Shown in pieces: positions 9,142 to 19,691 of a DNA stretch of 64,000 nucleotides; within the stretch, counting starts at the first letter, position 1, and each line of letters begins with the position of its first letter. A program made the position numbers and the translations under genes. Source of the stretch: Acinetobacter sp. (GTDB lineage: Bacteria > Pseudomonadota > Gammaproteobacteria > Pseudomonadales > Moraxellaceae). Below the pieces are notes generated by a model that saw only the letters and a program-made list of their open reading frames with translations, was not told the DNA's origin and did not search any database. Location of the stretch: contig NZ_JAVWVO010000003.1 of the NCBI RefSeq assembly GCF_036666595.1, positions 223,879 to 287,878 of the forward strand. Reading direction: 5' to 3'.

Positions 9142-9792
9142 TTATTTTGCTCGCATCATGTGCCACAGGGCTTTTTTAAGTAATGGCTGATCAAGCATTT
9201 CTTGTAAGCTTGCTGCTTGTGTGACTTTTATACCATTAGCATTTGGTATAGAGCCCAATGCAATAACAGTTTTACCCTGACTTAAACCATCAAAGAAACC
9301 TTGAATATAACTCTGAACACCACGCCCATCTTGTAAGTTCAACAAAGGAAAAGGCCAATTCAGCGCATACTTTTGCGCAGGTAAAGCTTGCACAATATTT
9401 TGCCACAGCTGTTGCTGCTCCACGCTCAATTGTGTCGCTCCAATCACCAAGGCGCAGTGCTCCAAGGCAACAGCTTGCAACTGAAAAGCCTCAACATGGA
9501 TTGCCTCTCGGACAATCTCCTCTTTTAATATTGCAACAACTTCTTGCTTAATCGGTTGTGCCACGATTTCAGCAGGAGGCGCAGGATGTGGAAGCTTATG
9601 CTGTGCAGGTGGATGTTCAGGAATACTTTTGGCTTCGGGCTGAGACTGAGGTCGCACAATTTCAGAAATGATCTCTGTCGTGCTTTGATCTCGCCAGATC
9701 GATGTGGCTACATTTTGTTGAGACGGCAAAAAATCAGGAACCCACAAATCAATTCCTAAACTCGCCAAAACCTCACGCTGATGCCCGATCAT
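9142..9792 (-). CDS. Hypothetical protein, possibly DNA polymerase III psi subunit (HolD)-like with a Pro/Gln-rich insert
   Basis: The N-terminus QREVLASLGIDLWVP resembles E. coli HolD RRDWQLQQLGITQW. The C-terminus ...LLKKALWHMM resembles ...RAALWQQI. The central part is low-complexity and P/Q/E-rich. Confidence 0.4.
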   Translation of the reverse strand: MIGHQREVLASLGIDLWVPDFLPSQQNVATSIWRDQSTTEIISEIVRPQSQPEAKSIPEHPPAQHKLPHPAPPAEIVAQPIKQEVVAILKEEIVREAIHVEAFQLQAVALEHCALVIGATQLSVEQQQLWQNIVQALPAQKYALNWPFPLLNLQDGRGVQSYIQGFFDGLSQGKTVIALGSIPNANGIKVTQAASLQEMLDQPLLKKALWHMMRAK

Positions 9793-9924
9793 CTTTTACC
9801 TTCACACTTCATTCAGTGCATATTCTATCGAGAAATGCCTAGAGATGCTGTTCTTTTCACATTTTATTCGTATAGACACTAGACAAACATCAAGAACAGG
9901 CTCAACGTCAAATTCACCACCCAA

Positions 9925-11772
9925 TTAAACGATCATCAAGCGATTCTTCTTTTGCATTTGCTCAACGATCTCTTCACTATCAAAACCGAGACGCCAATAA
10001 AGCAACTCCAAAACATCCTGCTCATCTTGGGTAATAATGCGGTCATTCCATAGACAAATTTCAGCCACCCCCAAAATACTCAAACGATCTCGCAGCAGTA
10101 GCCCCGCCATATCATTTAAAATTTCGGCCAAATCAATCGGCTCATCTGAAATTTCCGCATACTGCTCCAACTCTTGCACAGTTAAAACTCGACGTAAAAT
10201 TTTCTCTCGTACTTCCAACTGTGTTTCACTATTGATTTGTTGCACATGTAACAAAGCATCAATTAAACGCACAATCTGCGGTTTAACTTCATCTAGGGCC
10301 GCAGGTGTATGCACAGGCAACAAATTCAGCTCAAACTTAACTCTTTCGAGTAACAGCGCATCCAACAGTCCAATTTCTCCATCTTCCTGAATAATCCTCG
10401 CCAACTTTAATAGAAACTGACGTGCAATTGTCGCTGGCATGCCACCAATATTTCGGCATGCCTCATGGAAAATTGAAATATGAACACGACCATCTAGATT
10501 TAACAATGAATCAACAATAGCACGGCTGACTTCAGCCTCAGCAGGAATAAACTCACGGAATTGACGAATCATGAGAATCGCGACCATCAGCTCGCGTGAA
10601 CCTGTTGCGGTCTGTAAAGCACGCTGAATGAGCTCTGGACGTTCAATATGCGCACGTACTTCAGGGTTGAGCGGTTTAATCGCATCTTTAATGGCAAAAC
10701 TAATCGGAGACAGTCGTAATAAAGGCAAAGGTTGTGGTGAAGTCCAAGGGGCTTGGAAATCCGCGTACTGCTCTTCTAAAGAACGAAACAAACCAAATAG
10801 CGGACGGTTGCGCAGTTTTTCTAGGTTTTCCAACTGTATGTCTTGAACCAAATTCGGATTCATTTCATAAATACGCTCTTCAATGCTTGGATGAATATTC
10901 ATCCAACTTTGCGCACTTAATGAGTTGGCAAAACACATGTGTGCAATCGACTCAGAATATTCGCTGTGAATTTGTGAACCTGCGTGATGCACATAGATAC
11001 GCATCAGGGTTTGAATATTGGCATCATTTTGCATCAGGCGGCGTGTTTTCATATCATTTTTTAAAGTACGCCCTCCCAACGTCAGAAATTTAATACAGCG
11101 GGTAACCAGCACCCCCAAACTTCCGACCAACCAAATCAAACCACCTGTTGCAACAAAAGTGGTTTCAAAACTTTGCGACTTTTTATGATGGGTTGAAAAG
11201 CCTAATTTAGCAATTTTACTGCCCCACTGACTGAAGGTCGTAAGTGCACTATATAAAATTTTTAGCCGTGTATTTTCAGCGGTTTCACCCGATAAAATTT
11301 GATTAAACTCATGATTCAATAACCCCGTCAGCTCAAGTTCATCGAGATTTTGCAGGGCGCCCCACGTTAAAATAATCGCAATATCTTTAGGATAAAAACC
11401 AGCGGTTAAGGCATTCACCCCCACCTCATCGGGCAAAACATACACAGCAGGCGTTTCAATTAAAAAAGTATCCGCTAGTTTTTCTGTAATTTTCAGTGCA
11501 ATACTTTCTTCTGGTGTACTTTCAATCAAACTTAAACGTCGTGCACGTAGTTGCTTGGCCAGACTGTGTCCACCTGAACGGAACACATACAGCTCATATA
11601 CCACGGAATAGCCCATAATCAGGAACAATAAACCAATGATATAAATACTCAAGCTATGCCAAAAAATGCTTTGACTCGAATCAAAATAAAAAACCAGCAG
11701 TCCAGCCACAGTATTTAAAATAAATAGCGACAAAAGCACCGCAAGCAAGCAGATACTTGCAGACCACAACAT
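9925..11772 (-). CDS. Membrane protein with M48 (HtpX/Ste24-like) peptidase-like domain and a degenerate zinc motif
   Basis: N-terminal TM helices. The position of the HExxH motif reads LLNHEFNQILSGE. A downstream IHPSIEERI resembles the conserved HP..ERI element. Long alpha-helical C-terminal region. The ORF-track start at 11811 is TTG; I place the start at the ATG at 11772. Confidence 0.6.
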   Translation of the reverse strand: MLWSASICLLAVLLSLFILNTVAGLLVFYFDSSQSIFWHSLSIYIIGLLFLIMGYSVVYELYVFRSGGHSLAKQLRARRLSLIESTPEESIALKITEKLADTFLIETPAVYVLPDEVGVNALTAGFYPKDIAIILTWGALQNLDELELTGLLNHEFNQILSGETAENTRLKILYSALTTFSQWGSKIAKLGFSTHHKKSQSFETTFVATGGLIWLVGSLGVLVTRCIKFLTLGGRTLKNDMKTRRLMQNDANIQTLMRIYVHHAGSQIHSEYSESIAHMCFANSLSAQSWMNIHPSIEERIYEMNPNLVQDIQLENLEKLRNRPLFGLFRSLEEQYADFQAPWTSPQPLPLLRLSPISFAIKDAIKPLNPEVRAHIERPELIQRALQTATGSRELMVAILMIRQFREFIPAEAEVSRAIVDSLLNLDGRVHISIFHEACRNIGGMPATIARQFLLKLARIIQEDGEIGLLDALLLERVKFELNLLPVHTPAALDEVKPQIVRLIDALLHVQQINSETQLEVREKILRRVLTVQELEQYAEISDEPIDLAEILNDMAGLLLRDRLSILGVAEICLWNDRIITQDEQDVLELLYWRLGFDSEEIVEQMQKKNRLMIV

Positions 11773-11857
11773 GTTTTTATTCTTTATGATTGAATAGCTT
11801 ACACCCTTCAATGTAAATCCCTTTTCTTACATTGTTTGAATCAATCCATCATAAATG

Positions 11858-11885
11858 AAAAAAGCGGGAAACTCCCGCTTTTCTC
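11858..11885 (-). terminator. Intrinsic terminator after purF
   Basis: On the minus strand: aagcggga-gttt-cccgctt followed by tttttt. Confidence 0.7.
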
Positions 11886-11898
11886 AAATCTAAATCAA

Positions 11899-13434
11899 TT
11901 AGACTTCTTTCACTCCCGTCAAATCAACGGAAGCTGCATCAATGTTGACATCAATATAGCTGTCTTTCTTTTTCGATGTTTCACGACGTTTCGCCTGTAA
12001 TTCATCTAAATAAGCTTCATCAATACCGCCAGCAACATATTGACCATCAAATACCGAGCAATCAAACTCTTGTAAATCTGGTACTTTGCTGGTGCGCACA
12101 GCTGCTTTTAAGTCTTCCAAATCTTGGAAAATTAGACGATCTGCACCAATAATTTCACGAATTTCTTCAACGGTACGCTCAGATGCAATCAGCTCTTCTT
12201 TTGCCGGCATATCAATGCCATACACGTTTGGATATTTCACCATCGGCGCAGCAGAAGCAAAGAAGACTTTTTTCGCACCCGCATCACGCGCCATTTGGAT
12301 AATTTCGTTGCACGTCGTACCACGTACAATCGAGTCATCCACCAAAAGTACATTTTTACCTTGGAACTCAAGTTCAACAGGGTTCAACTTTTGACGAACT
12401 GATTTTTTACGTAATTGCTGACCTGGCATAATGAAGGTACGGCCAATGTAGCGGTTCTTCATAAAGCCTTCACGGAACTTCACACCCAACATATTTGCAA
12501 GTTCAAGTGCAGAGGTACGCGAGGTATCTGGAATTGGGATCACAACATCAATATCGTGCTCTTCACTCCACTCCGTCAAGATTTTCTGAGCAAGTTTTTC
12601 GCCCATTTTTAAACGTGCTTTATAGACTGAGATGCCATCAATGATCGCATCTGGACGCGCAAAGTAAACATATTCAAAAATACATGGGCGGTATTCAGGC
12701 GCTTCAGCACACTGCTTGGTAAACATCTGCCCTTGTGAGTCGATAAAGATCGCTTCACCCGGCGCAATATCACGCTCAACCTTAAAGCCGAGTGCCGTAA
12801 TAGCGACAGACTCAGATGCAATGATATATTCCATACCTGCATCAGTCTCACGCGAACCATAAATCAGTGGACGAATACCATTTGGATCACGGAAACCCAC
12901 TAAGCCATGCCCAGTAAGCATTGCAACCACGGCATAACCACCTTTACAGCGCTCATGGACTTTACTAACCACATGGAAAATATCGTCTGCTGTAGGCATC
13001 AATTTGCCGCGTTTTTGCAACTCATGCGCGAACACGTTTAACAGTACTTCTGAGTCTGAATCCGTATTCATATGACGTAAGTCTGTTTTAAACAGGTCGT
13101 CATGAATTTCTTCAGCATTGGTTAAGTTACCATTATGCGCTAACGTGATCCCGTAAGGTGAGTTCACATAGAAGGGCTGCGCTTCAGCGCTGCTCGATGA
13201 ACCCGCAGTAGGATAACGTACATGCCCAATACCATAGTTACCTTGTAATGCACGCATATGGCGAGTGTGGAACACATCACGAACCATACCATTGTCTTTA
13301 CGTAAAAATAAACGACCTTCGTGGCAGGTTACTATCCCAGCTGCATCTTGCCCACGATGTTGTAACATCGTTAATGCATCAAACAACATTTGGTTAACAG
13401 CTGATTTACCAGCTATACCAACTACTCCACACAT
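11899..13434 (-). CDS. purF: Amidophosphoribosyltransferase
   Basis: MCGVVGI N-terminal nucleophile Cys, PRTase motif [13 protein letters not shown], 511 aa. Confidence 0.96.
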   Translation of the reverse strand: MCGVVGIAGKSAVNQMLFDALTMLQHRGQDAAGIVTCHEGRLFLRKDNGMVRDVFHTRHMRALQGNYGIGHVRYPTAGSSSSAEAQPFYVNSPYGITLAHNGNLTNAEEIHDDLFKTDLRHMNTDSDSEVLLNVFAHELQKRGKLMPTADDIFHVVSKVHERCKGGYAVVAMLTGHGLVGFRDPNGIRPLIYGSRETDAGMEYIIASESVAITALGFKVERDIAPGEAIFIDSQGQMFTKQCAEAPEYRPCIFEYVYFARPDAIIDGISVYKARLKMGEKLAQKILTEWSEEHDIDVVIPIPDTSRTSALELANMLGVKFREGFMKNRYIGRTFIMPGQQLRKKSVRQKLNPVELEFQGKNVLLVDDSIVRGTTCNEIIQMARDAGAKKVFFASAAPMVKYPNVYGIDMPAKEELIASERTVEEIREIIGADRLIFQDLEDLKAAVRTSKVPDLQEFDCSVFDGQYVAGGIDEAYLDELQAKRRETSKKKDSYIDVNIDAASVDLTGVKEV

Positions 13435-13458
13435 AGCAACCTCGCAGACAAGCTAGGA

Positions 13459-14043
13459 TTAATAAAAAGGATTATTTGTTGACTCACCCTGTCCCTCAGC
13501 ATTTTTCGAGGAAATTTTCGGTGAAGAATCTGAAGATACATGTGTATCTTTAGACTTGATATGTGACATCGCCTCGCTTGCAGCCTCTTTAGAAAGCTCC
13601 ATCGCCCAAGGCGCGTAAGGCAAAAGTGTTTGGACAAACTTGGATTGTCTCCAATATGGAGAGCTTTCAACCCAAGAACCCACACCTTGCATCGTAATCA
13701 GAACAATTAACAACCCTTTTAATGAACCAAAAGCACCGCCGGCTAATCGATTCAAAGGCCCGAGTTTTAAACTCTTCAATATGTTATTCAGTAATGCCGT
13801 GACAATCCACGTCAAAACCACAATAACCAATACAATAAATGCAAAAGCTGCAATTTTTTGAACCACTGGATCTTCACTGAGTGAGACCATCGAAGGTGCT
13901 AGGACACTTGCAAATTTAGCACCAACAATCAGCGCTAAAATCCATCCTATCAAGTTCGCAAAGGCTTTAACAAATCCTTGACGCAAACCGTTGAGCCCTC
14001 CAATGAGCAATACAATCAATATGAAGATATCAATAGCATTCAT
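13459..14043 (-). CDS. cvpA: Colicin V production protein CvpA family membrane protein
   Basis: N-terminus [24 protein letters not shown], multiple TM helices. Lies directly upstream of purF, as in E. coli cvpA-purF. Confidence 0.85.
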   Translation of the reverse strand: MNAIDIFILIVLLIGGLNGLRQGFVKAFANLIGWILALIVGAKFASVLAPSMVSLSEDPVVQKIAAFAFIVLVIVVLTWIVTALLNNILKSLKLGPLNRLAGGAFGSLKGLLIVLITMQGVGSWVESSPYWRQSKFVQTLLPYAPWAMELSKEAASEAMSHIKSKDTHVSSDSSPKISSKNAEGQGESTNNPFY

Positions 14044-15050
14044 GTTGTTTTCATTGCAGAGACGCAGTCTTGAATTAAGGTTGGTCCTGTATAGATGAGG
14101 CCACTATAAACTTGTACAAGGTTTGCCCCTGCATTTTGTTTTGCAAGCGCCTGCTCACCCGACAAAATCCCACCCACACCAATCAAAGGAATCTGACCTT
14201 TTAAAACCTCAGCAAAGGCTTTTAAACACGCTGTACTTTTCTCAAACACAGGCGCACCAGATAAACCACCCGCTTCATCACCAAAAGGTAAGTTTTCCAC
14301 CCCTTCACGAGACAAAGTCGTATTGGTCACAATCAGACCATCAATTTTAAACTGAAGCAGTTGTTTCGCAATAAATTGAATATCTTCCGCTTCCAAATCT
14401 GGCGCAACCTTCAGCACCAAGGGTACATAGTGCTGTTGCTCTTCAGCCAACTCTAACTGGCGTTTTTTCAGCGTCTCTAGCAGCTCGGTTAAAGCATCAC
14501 CACTTTGCAAACTACGCAGGTTTTTAGTATTTGGAGAAGAAATGTTGACGGTAATATAAGACGCATAGTTATAGACTTTTTCTAAACAAATGAGATAGTC
14601 ATCTACTGCGTTTTCGACTGGGGTATCCGCATTTTTGCCGATATTAATCCCCAAAACACCTTTAAACTTTGCCGCTTTGACATTTTCAATCAGTTGATCC
14701 ACGCCAGCGTTGTTAAAACCCATACGGTTAATAATGGCTTTAGCTTGTGGAATACGGAATAAACGCGGTAGAGGATTGCCCTGCTGCGGACGCGGAGTAA
14801 TGGTTCCAATTTCAATAAAACCAAACCCTAGACCTGCCAGTGCGTCAATATAAGCACCATTTTTATCTAGACCAGCAGCTAAACCTACAGGATTGGGGAA
14901 CTCGATGCCCATACATGTCACCGGTTTAGCCGCTATATTTTGACGCATTAAGCCGAACTTATGCGTTGATTTCAATAGCGATAGTGTTAGCTCATGTGCA
15001 CGCTCTGGTGCTAAAGTAAACAACAAAGGGCGGGCAAGAGAATACAACAT
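14040..15050 (-). CDS. pyrD: Dihydroorotate dehydrogenase (quinone), class 2
   Basis: LARPLLF...PE.AH N-terminus, [22 protein letters not shown] motifs. ATGA overlap with cvpA. Confidence 0.95.
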   Translation of the reverse strand: MLYSLARPLLFTLAPERAHELTLSLLKSTHKFGLMRQNIAAKPVTCMGIEFPNPVGLAAGLDKNGAYIDALAGLGFGFIEIGTITPRPQQGNPLPRLFRIPQAKAIINRMGFNNAGVDQLIENVKAAKFKGVLGINIGKNADTPVENAVDDYLICLEKVYNYASYITVNISSPNTKNLRSLQSGDALTELLETLKKRQLELAEEQQHYVPLVLKVAPDLEAEDIQFIAKQLLQFKIDGLIVTNTTLSREGVENLPFGDEAGGLSGAPVFEKSTACLKAFAEVLKGQIPLIGVGGILSGEQALAKQNAGANLVQVYSGLIYTGPTLIQDCVSAMKTT

Positions 15051-15140
15051 ATCTGTAAAAGTCTACTGCTTTTTAAGTCGCCATATTATAGGCATAGCCT
15101 AGCTAAAACACCATGCTTCGTCTGGCTTTATTTTTAGCGA

Positions 15141-15620
15141 TTATTTCACGCTAGCCGATAATTTAATCTGCCCTGCGTCTGAGACCAACTCCATTTTTTC
15201 AATACTCAAACCATTTTGCGTTAGTTGAGTCAAAAAGTTGGCTAACACCACATAGTTTGCATGGCTTACCACCAACTGAATTTGTTCAGCATTCTGCTGC
15301 GAAGCAACCGATAAACCTTGCTGCTGTGCAATACGCTGGATCTGCTCCATTGGAGTCAGTTGTCCATCTGAGCTCGATTTCATGGTGACTGCATTGCTCT
15401 GCATCCATGTCATGGTTTCTTTAAGCTGGTTCACGCGTTTTTGCTGTTTCTCTGCCGCAGCATGGGTATACCAAAGTGCAGCCCCTATCGAGCTCACCAA
15501 GACGAAAATAACCAAGAAGATGGCTAATACACGGTCGCGCGGTGTAAGACGATCAAAATAAGTACTGATCAGCTCTAAACGCCGATCTACAACTGTTTGT
15601 AAATTTTGCATGGCTTTCAT
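15141..15620 (-). CDS. gspM: Type II secretion system protein M
   Basis: 159 aa, single N-terminal TM (RDRVLAIFLVIFVLV). Lies directly after gspL with a TAATG overlap. Confidence 0.65.
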   Translation of the reverse strand: MKAMQNLQTVVDRRLELISTYFDRLTPRDRVLAIFLVIFVLVSSIGAALWYTHAAAEKQQKRVNQLKETMTWMQSNAVTMKSSSDGQLTPMEQIQRIAQQQGLSVASQQNAEQIQLVVSHANYVVLANFLTQLTQNGLSIEKMELVSDAGQIKLSASVK

Positions 15621-16759
15621 TATTGTATTTTCACCATTCCAATTGCCCCACCCGTGGTCGGCTGAATATTGCCTAATTCAACCTGAAAACCTTGTTGATT
15701 AAGCTGCTGAGTGAGTGTCTGTAAAGCCTCTGCCGAGTTGGCTTTAAGTTGCATATTTAGGCTATTCGCTTCATACACCACCTGATTCGCCACAATTTGC
15801 TGTTGCATGAGCACAGGCCCAACGCGACTCAATAAAGACAAAGCTTGCGCATCCGCTTGTTTATTCATATTCAGTTGATATTCAAACTGGCTTCGCAGGG
15901 TTTGCTCGGTCACAGGATAGTTCGCACCAAACCAATATTTAAATTGATCGACCGCCTGAACAGCCACTTGCTCTGCAAGCTTTTTATTTTGATACCAACG
16001 CGTTGCATCATAGGTCAATTGCGTCACAATCAATGCAGCCAATACCGCTGCACAGGCTTTCCAATAGCCCGTTGAAACATGTTGCTCTTTCACCTTCGGC
16101 AAAAGATTCCATGGATGTTGTTTTGCTCTTGGCAATGCCGCCCATTCATAATGGAAAGACTCAAGCTGCTCCTGCGTCACACTGGCGTTTAAGCTATGCA
16201 TGTGCGAAGCACTAAAGTTACAAATTTTATATTTTTGGTTGACTGCTTGATAATCTAAAAATACAGCAAGATCATCAATTGATCCGCCCAACCAAGTATT
16301 AGCGCGAAACAGAAGTCGCTCTTCAACATAGCCCAAGATTACCTGTTCTGCGTCAGGTACAGGTAAAATCAGAAAATCAGGCAATAGGCTGACCAGCTTC
16401 ACAGGAATCAAACTCAAGGCATGCTGTAAAGTCTCTAAACGATGCTTTGAAATACCTAAAACAGTGAGTTGCTCAGGCGCTTGAAAGTGATGTAATACTT
16501 TCATCTGATCGATTGAGCTCAATACATATTCTTCGAGCAAATACTTCACACCTTCAGCCCCCAACTGCTTGTATTGAGCCTTAGGCATATTTTGCTGAAT
16601 AATTTGCACATCACGGCTTGGAAAGAAAACAGTTGCTTCCTCACCATGATGCGCTTGTATATCTTGGATCAATTGCTCAAGTGTATGAGCAGATTGCCAT
16701 CTTTCCCCTATAGACCAGTGCCATGTTCCATCGGCTTCGGGCATCCAAATTTGCAACAT
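15620..16759 (-). CDS. gspL: Type II secretion system protein L
   Basis: 379 aa with a cytoplasmic domain, one TM (GYWKACAAVLAALIVTQLTY) and a periplasmic domain. Size and architecture fit GspL, and it is paired with gspM. Confidence 0.6.
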   Translation of the reverse strand: MLQIWMPEADGTWHWSIGERWQSAHTLEQLIQDIQAHHGEEATVFFPSRDVQIIQQNMPKAQYKQLGAEGVKYLLEEYVLSSIDQMKVLHHFQAPEQLTVLGISKHRLETLQHALSLIPVKLVSLLPDFLILPVPDAEQVILGYVEERLLFRANTWLGGSIDDLAVFLDYQAVNQKYKICNFSASHMHSLNASVTQEQLESFHYEWAALPRAKQHPWNLLPKVKEQHVSTGYWKACAAVLAALIVTQLTYDATRWYQNKKLAEQVAVQAVDQFKYWFGANYPVTEQTLRSQFEYQLNMNKQADAQALSLLSRVGPVLMQQQIVANQVVYEANSLNMQLKANSAEALQTLTQQLNQQGFQVELGNIQPTTGGAIGMVKIQ

Positions 16760-16788
16760 GTATTATATTCTGCCGTTTTAATTGGTTT

Positions 16789-17244
16789 TTATATGCTAGG
16801 TATAAATGCTTTTGTTTGTGTCGACAAGCCTTCCGCGATAACTGCTTGCTCATAAATCCGCGCTTCAGCCAAAGCATAAGGATTAAAAGATTCCGTCACC
16901 AAAATCGAGGCCATATGTGCCACCACATTCATATGGCACACCACCACAATAGACTCATACGGCAAATGTGATAACCATTCCACAGCCGCTTTTGCATCAT
17001 CATCTGGCTTAATAGTATTGCAAATTACAACAGGCACATCCGCAAAGTGCTGTTTAATGTGTGCCAATGTTTCTTGTGCACGCAGCAATGGGCTAACCAC
17101 AAAGACATCAGGTTGGATCCGTGACTTTAAAAAGTCAGCAGTTTGCTCTGCCTGTGCATGCCCACGTTCGGTGAGTGGGCGTTTAGTGTCATTCCCCATG
17201 ATCGGTGGCGCAGCTTCGCCATGACGTACCAAAGTCAGTTGCAT
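16789..17244 (-). CDS. sixA: Phosphohistidine phosphatase SixA
   Basis: MQLTLVRHGEA (RHG catalytic motif), 151 aa, histidine phosphatase fold. Confidence 0.85.
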   Translation of the reverse strand: MQLTLVRHGEAAPPIMGNDTKRPLTERGHAQAEQTADFLKSRIQPDVFVVSPLLRAQETLAHIKQHFADVPVVICNTIKPDDDAKAAVEWLSHLPYESIVVVCHMNVVAHMASILVTESFNPYALAEARIYEQAVIAEGLSTQTKAFIPSI

Positions 17245-17346
17245 AAAAAATCCTTATTCAAATCCTGATTATTTTAATTAATTTTTATGACAATTCAGTC
17301 ATTATACCCACTTAAACGCTCATTTTATTTCGGTTTTTAAGTGACT

Positions 17347-18420
17347 TTAAACCTCATGATGCGGCAAAACAAACTCCACATCACTGCGGTGTCCATTTTT
17401 CATTAAGGATAATGCAATTGTCATTGGTGGCGCATTTTCAAAAATAACACTGTATAACGCACTGGTAATCGGCATATACACATCCAACTCTTCGGAACGT
17501 GCTTTGACTTGCACAATCGTGTTAATGCCTTCTGCTGTTTGCCCCAATTCAGTGGTTGCCTGTTCCAAGCTCTTACCTTGACCCAATGCAAAACCGACTT
17601 GATAGTTGCGACTGAGTGGACTGCTACACGTTGCAAATAAATCACCGACACCAGACAAACCCAAGAAGGTCAGTGGATTTGCCCCTAACTTCACAGCAAA
17701 ACGACTCATTTCTGCTAAAGCACGAGTCAAAATCATACTCTTGGTATTTTCACCGACTTTGTATGCAGCAGCCATTCCCATTGCAACCGCATAAATGTTT
17801 TTAAGTGCACCGCCGAGTTCCACACCATGCACGTCATCGCTGGCGAACACACGAAACAAGGCACTATGCAAAGCTTGTTGTACCGCATAACGCACTAACT
17901 CAGACTGGCTTGCAATGACCGTCCCAGCTGGCTGTCCTGCCACAATTTCCTTGGCCAAGTTTGGCCCAGATAACACACCATAAGGCACTTCTGGTAGCTC
18001 TGAGCGAATAATGTCACTCATAAAACTAAAAGTATTCGCTTCAATACCCTTAGTTAAAGACACCACTGCTTGCGAAGTAATAAATGGTTTAATTTGTTTA
18101 AGGACATCACGGAAAGAATGACTCGGAATCGCCACCAAAATAATGTCGCGATCACGAACAGCCTCTTCTATATTTGAAACTGCACGTAAACCATCTTCAA
18201 GTTTAAAATCGGGCAAATAGCGTTTATTCACATGCGTCGCATTGATATCAGCCGCAACGGCTTCATCACGAATCCAAATCATGGTATCGCAGCCATTACG
18301 AACCGCGGTATTCGCCATAGCTGTTCCAAAACTACCACCACCCAAAACGGTAATTCGTAGTGCCGTTTTTTGATCTACCGCTACAGGTTCAACCAAATCT
18401 GAAAACTTTAACTCTGACAT
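17347..18420 (-). CDS. gpsA: NAD(P)H-dependent glycerol-3-phosphate dehydrogenase
   Basis: GGGSFGTA Rossmann motif, GALKN, GLSGVGDL motifs. Confidence 0.95.
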   Translation of the reverse strand: MSELKFSDLVEPVAVDQKTALRITVLGGGSFGTAMANTAVRNGCDTMIWIRDEAVAADINATHVNKRYLPDFKLEDGLRAVSNIEEAVRDRDIILVAIPSHSFRDVLKQIKPFITSQAVVSLTKGIEANTFSFMSDIIRSELPEVPYGVLSGPNLAKEIVAGQPAGTVIASQSELVRYAVQQALHSALFRVFASDDVHGVELGGALKNIYAVAMGMAAAYKVGENTKSMILTRALAEMSRFAVKLGANPLTFLGLSGVGDLFATCSSPLSRNYQVGFALGQGKSLEQATTELGQTAEGINTIVQVKARSEELDVYMPITSALYSVIFENAPPMTIALSLMKNGHRSDVEFVLPHHEV

Positions 18421-18443
18421 TATTTTTATATCCTAAAATGGAA

Positions 18444-19019
18444 CTATTGATTCCAATAACTTACATAATCTTGGGTTTGAATTTCGGCACGTGGCGGAAT
18501 CACTTTAACTGCCGTGCCAATATATAAAATACCTGAGATCAAATCATCTGCGGTGAGGCCTAAAGCCTGTTTGAAATGCACCGATTCCACCACTGCCCCA
18601 CTACGCCACATACTCGAAAAACCTTGAGCTTGTAAGGACAATATAAAATTCTGAATAGCAGCCCCACTACTTAAAGTCTGCTCAAAATAAGGAACTTTCG
18701 GATGCGGTTGAAATTTGGTCAGCGCCAAGACCAATAATGGGGCACGAAAAGGATGATTTTTAACACGCTCTAACTGTGCTGCCTCAGTCTCACCCAAATC
18801 AGCCAAGGCTTGTGATAATAACTCACCAAATGCCTCACGTTGATCTTCAGAAATCACGATAAAACGTGTCGGTTTTAAACGATGATGATCTGGCGCAGTC
18901 AATGCGGCTTGAAATGCCCGCTCTAATTGTTCTGCATTGGGAGCAGGTTCGACCAAATGGCCAATCGATTGACGTTGATGCATATTCTGGTGAACGATAT
19001 CTACCGCGAGTTCCGTCAT
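18444..19019 (-). CDS. Nitroreductase family protein (YdjA-like)
   Basis: 191 aa. R.S....L....P...QL...F.AA..APDH..L.P.RF pattern typical of small NAD(P)H nitroreductases. Confidence 0.75.
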   Translation of the reverse strand: MTELAVDIVHQNMHQRQSIGHLVEPAPNAEQLERAFQAALTAPDHHRLKPTRFIVISEDQREAFGELLSQALADLGETEAAQLERVKNHPFRAPLLVLALTKFQPHPKVPYFEQTLSSGAAIQNFILSLQAQGFSSMWRSGAVVESVHFKQALGLTADDLISGILYIGTAVKVIPPRAEIQTQDYVSYWNQ

Positions 19020-19251
19020 TAGGCTCTTAATCTTTCAAATTAAACAATACGTTTTAGAGTAGCACACTCTGAAAAGTTTGCTCTAGCGCTTCAGTATGAA
19101 ATACTCAGTTTCGGCAAAACTAATTTTAAAACCCTGTACGCTTTTTAAACTGTCCGATAAGACTGCATTTTTCATACATTTCTTACATAATTCATCCGAC
19201 AAGCTATGTTCCAATAAACAATGATTTAATAAAACATGACTGGGGTATGAA

Positions 19252-19632
19252 ATGAAAAAGAATATTGCTATCGTCGGAGCAGCAGCACTAACACTACTTC
19301 TAAGCGCTTGCGCATCGACACCAAGCAACTCTTTAGCAATCCAAAAAGCTGACAATCAATACGAAGTTACAGGTATTGGTAAAACTGCATTGATTGCAAA
19401 AAACAACGCCATTGAAGCAGCAGCTAAAACGTGCGGCTCTAAAGCAACAGCGATTGTGAGTGATGAAAAAACTGAATATCAAGGTGCTTTAAAAGGCGTA
19501 GTGAGTGATGAAACTGGAAAAATGATCCAAGCAGCCGCTTCCGTACTGGGTTCTATTTCAGGTACAAACTCAGGCATTAACCAAGACAGTGACTATCAAA
19601 CAGTTCTAACTTTTTCTTGTAAAGCAAAATAA
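19252..19632 (+). CDS. Small lipoprotein, function unknown
   Basis: Signal peptide with LSAC lipobox (MKKNIAIVGAAALTLLLSAC), 126 aa. Confidence 0.7.
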   Translation: MKKNIAIVGAAALTLLLSACASTPSNSLAIQKADNQYEVTGIGKTALIAKNNAIEAAAKTCGSKATAIVSDEKTEYQGALKGVVSDETGKMIQAAASVLGSISGTNSGINQDSDYQTVLTFSCKAK

Positions 19633-19642
19633 AAATGCCATC

Positions 19643-19671
19643 AAAAAACCGCTCAGATGAGCGGTTTTTTT
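19643..19671. terminator. Bidirectional intrinsic terminator between convergent genes
   Basis: aaaaaaccgctc-agat-gagcggttttttt. Confidence 0.8.
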
Positions 19672-19691
19672 ACACCAATCACGTCAAACGA

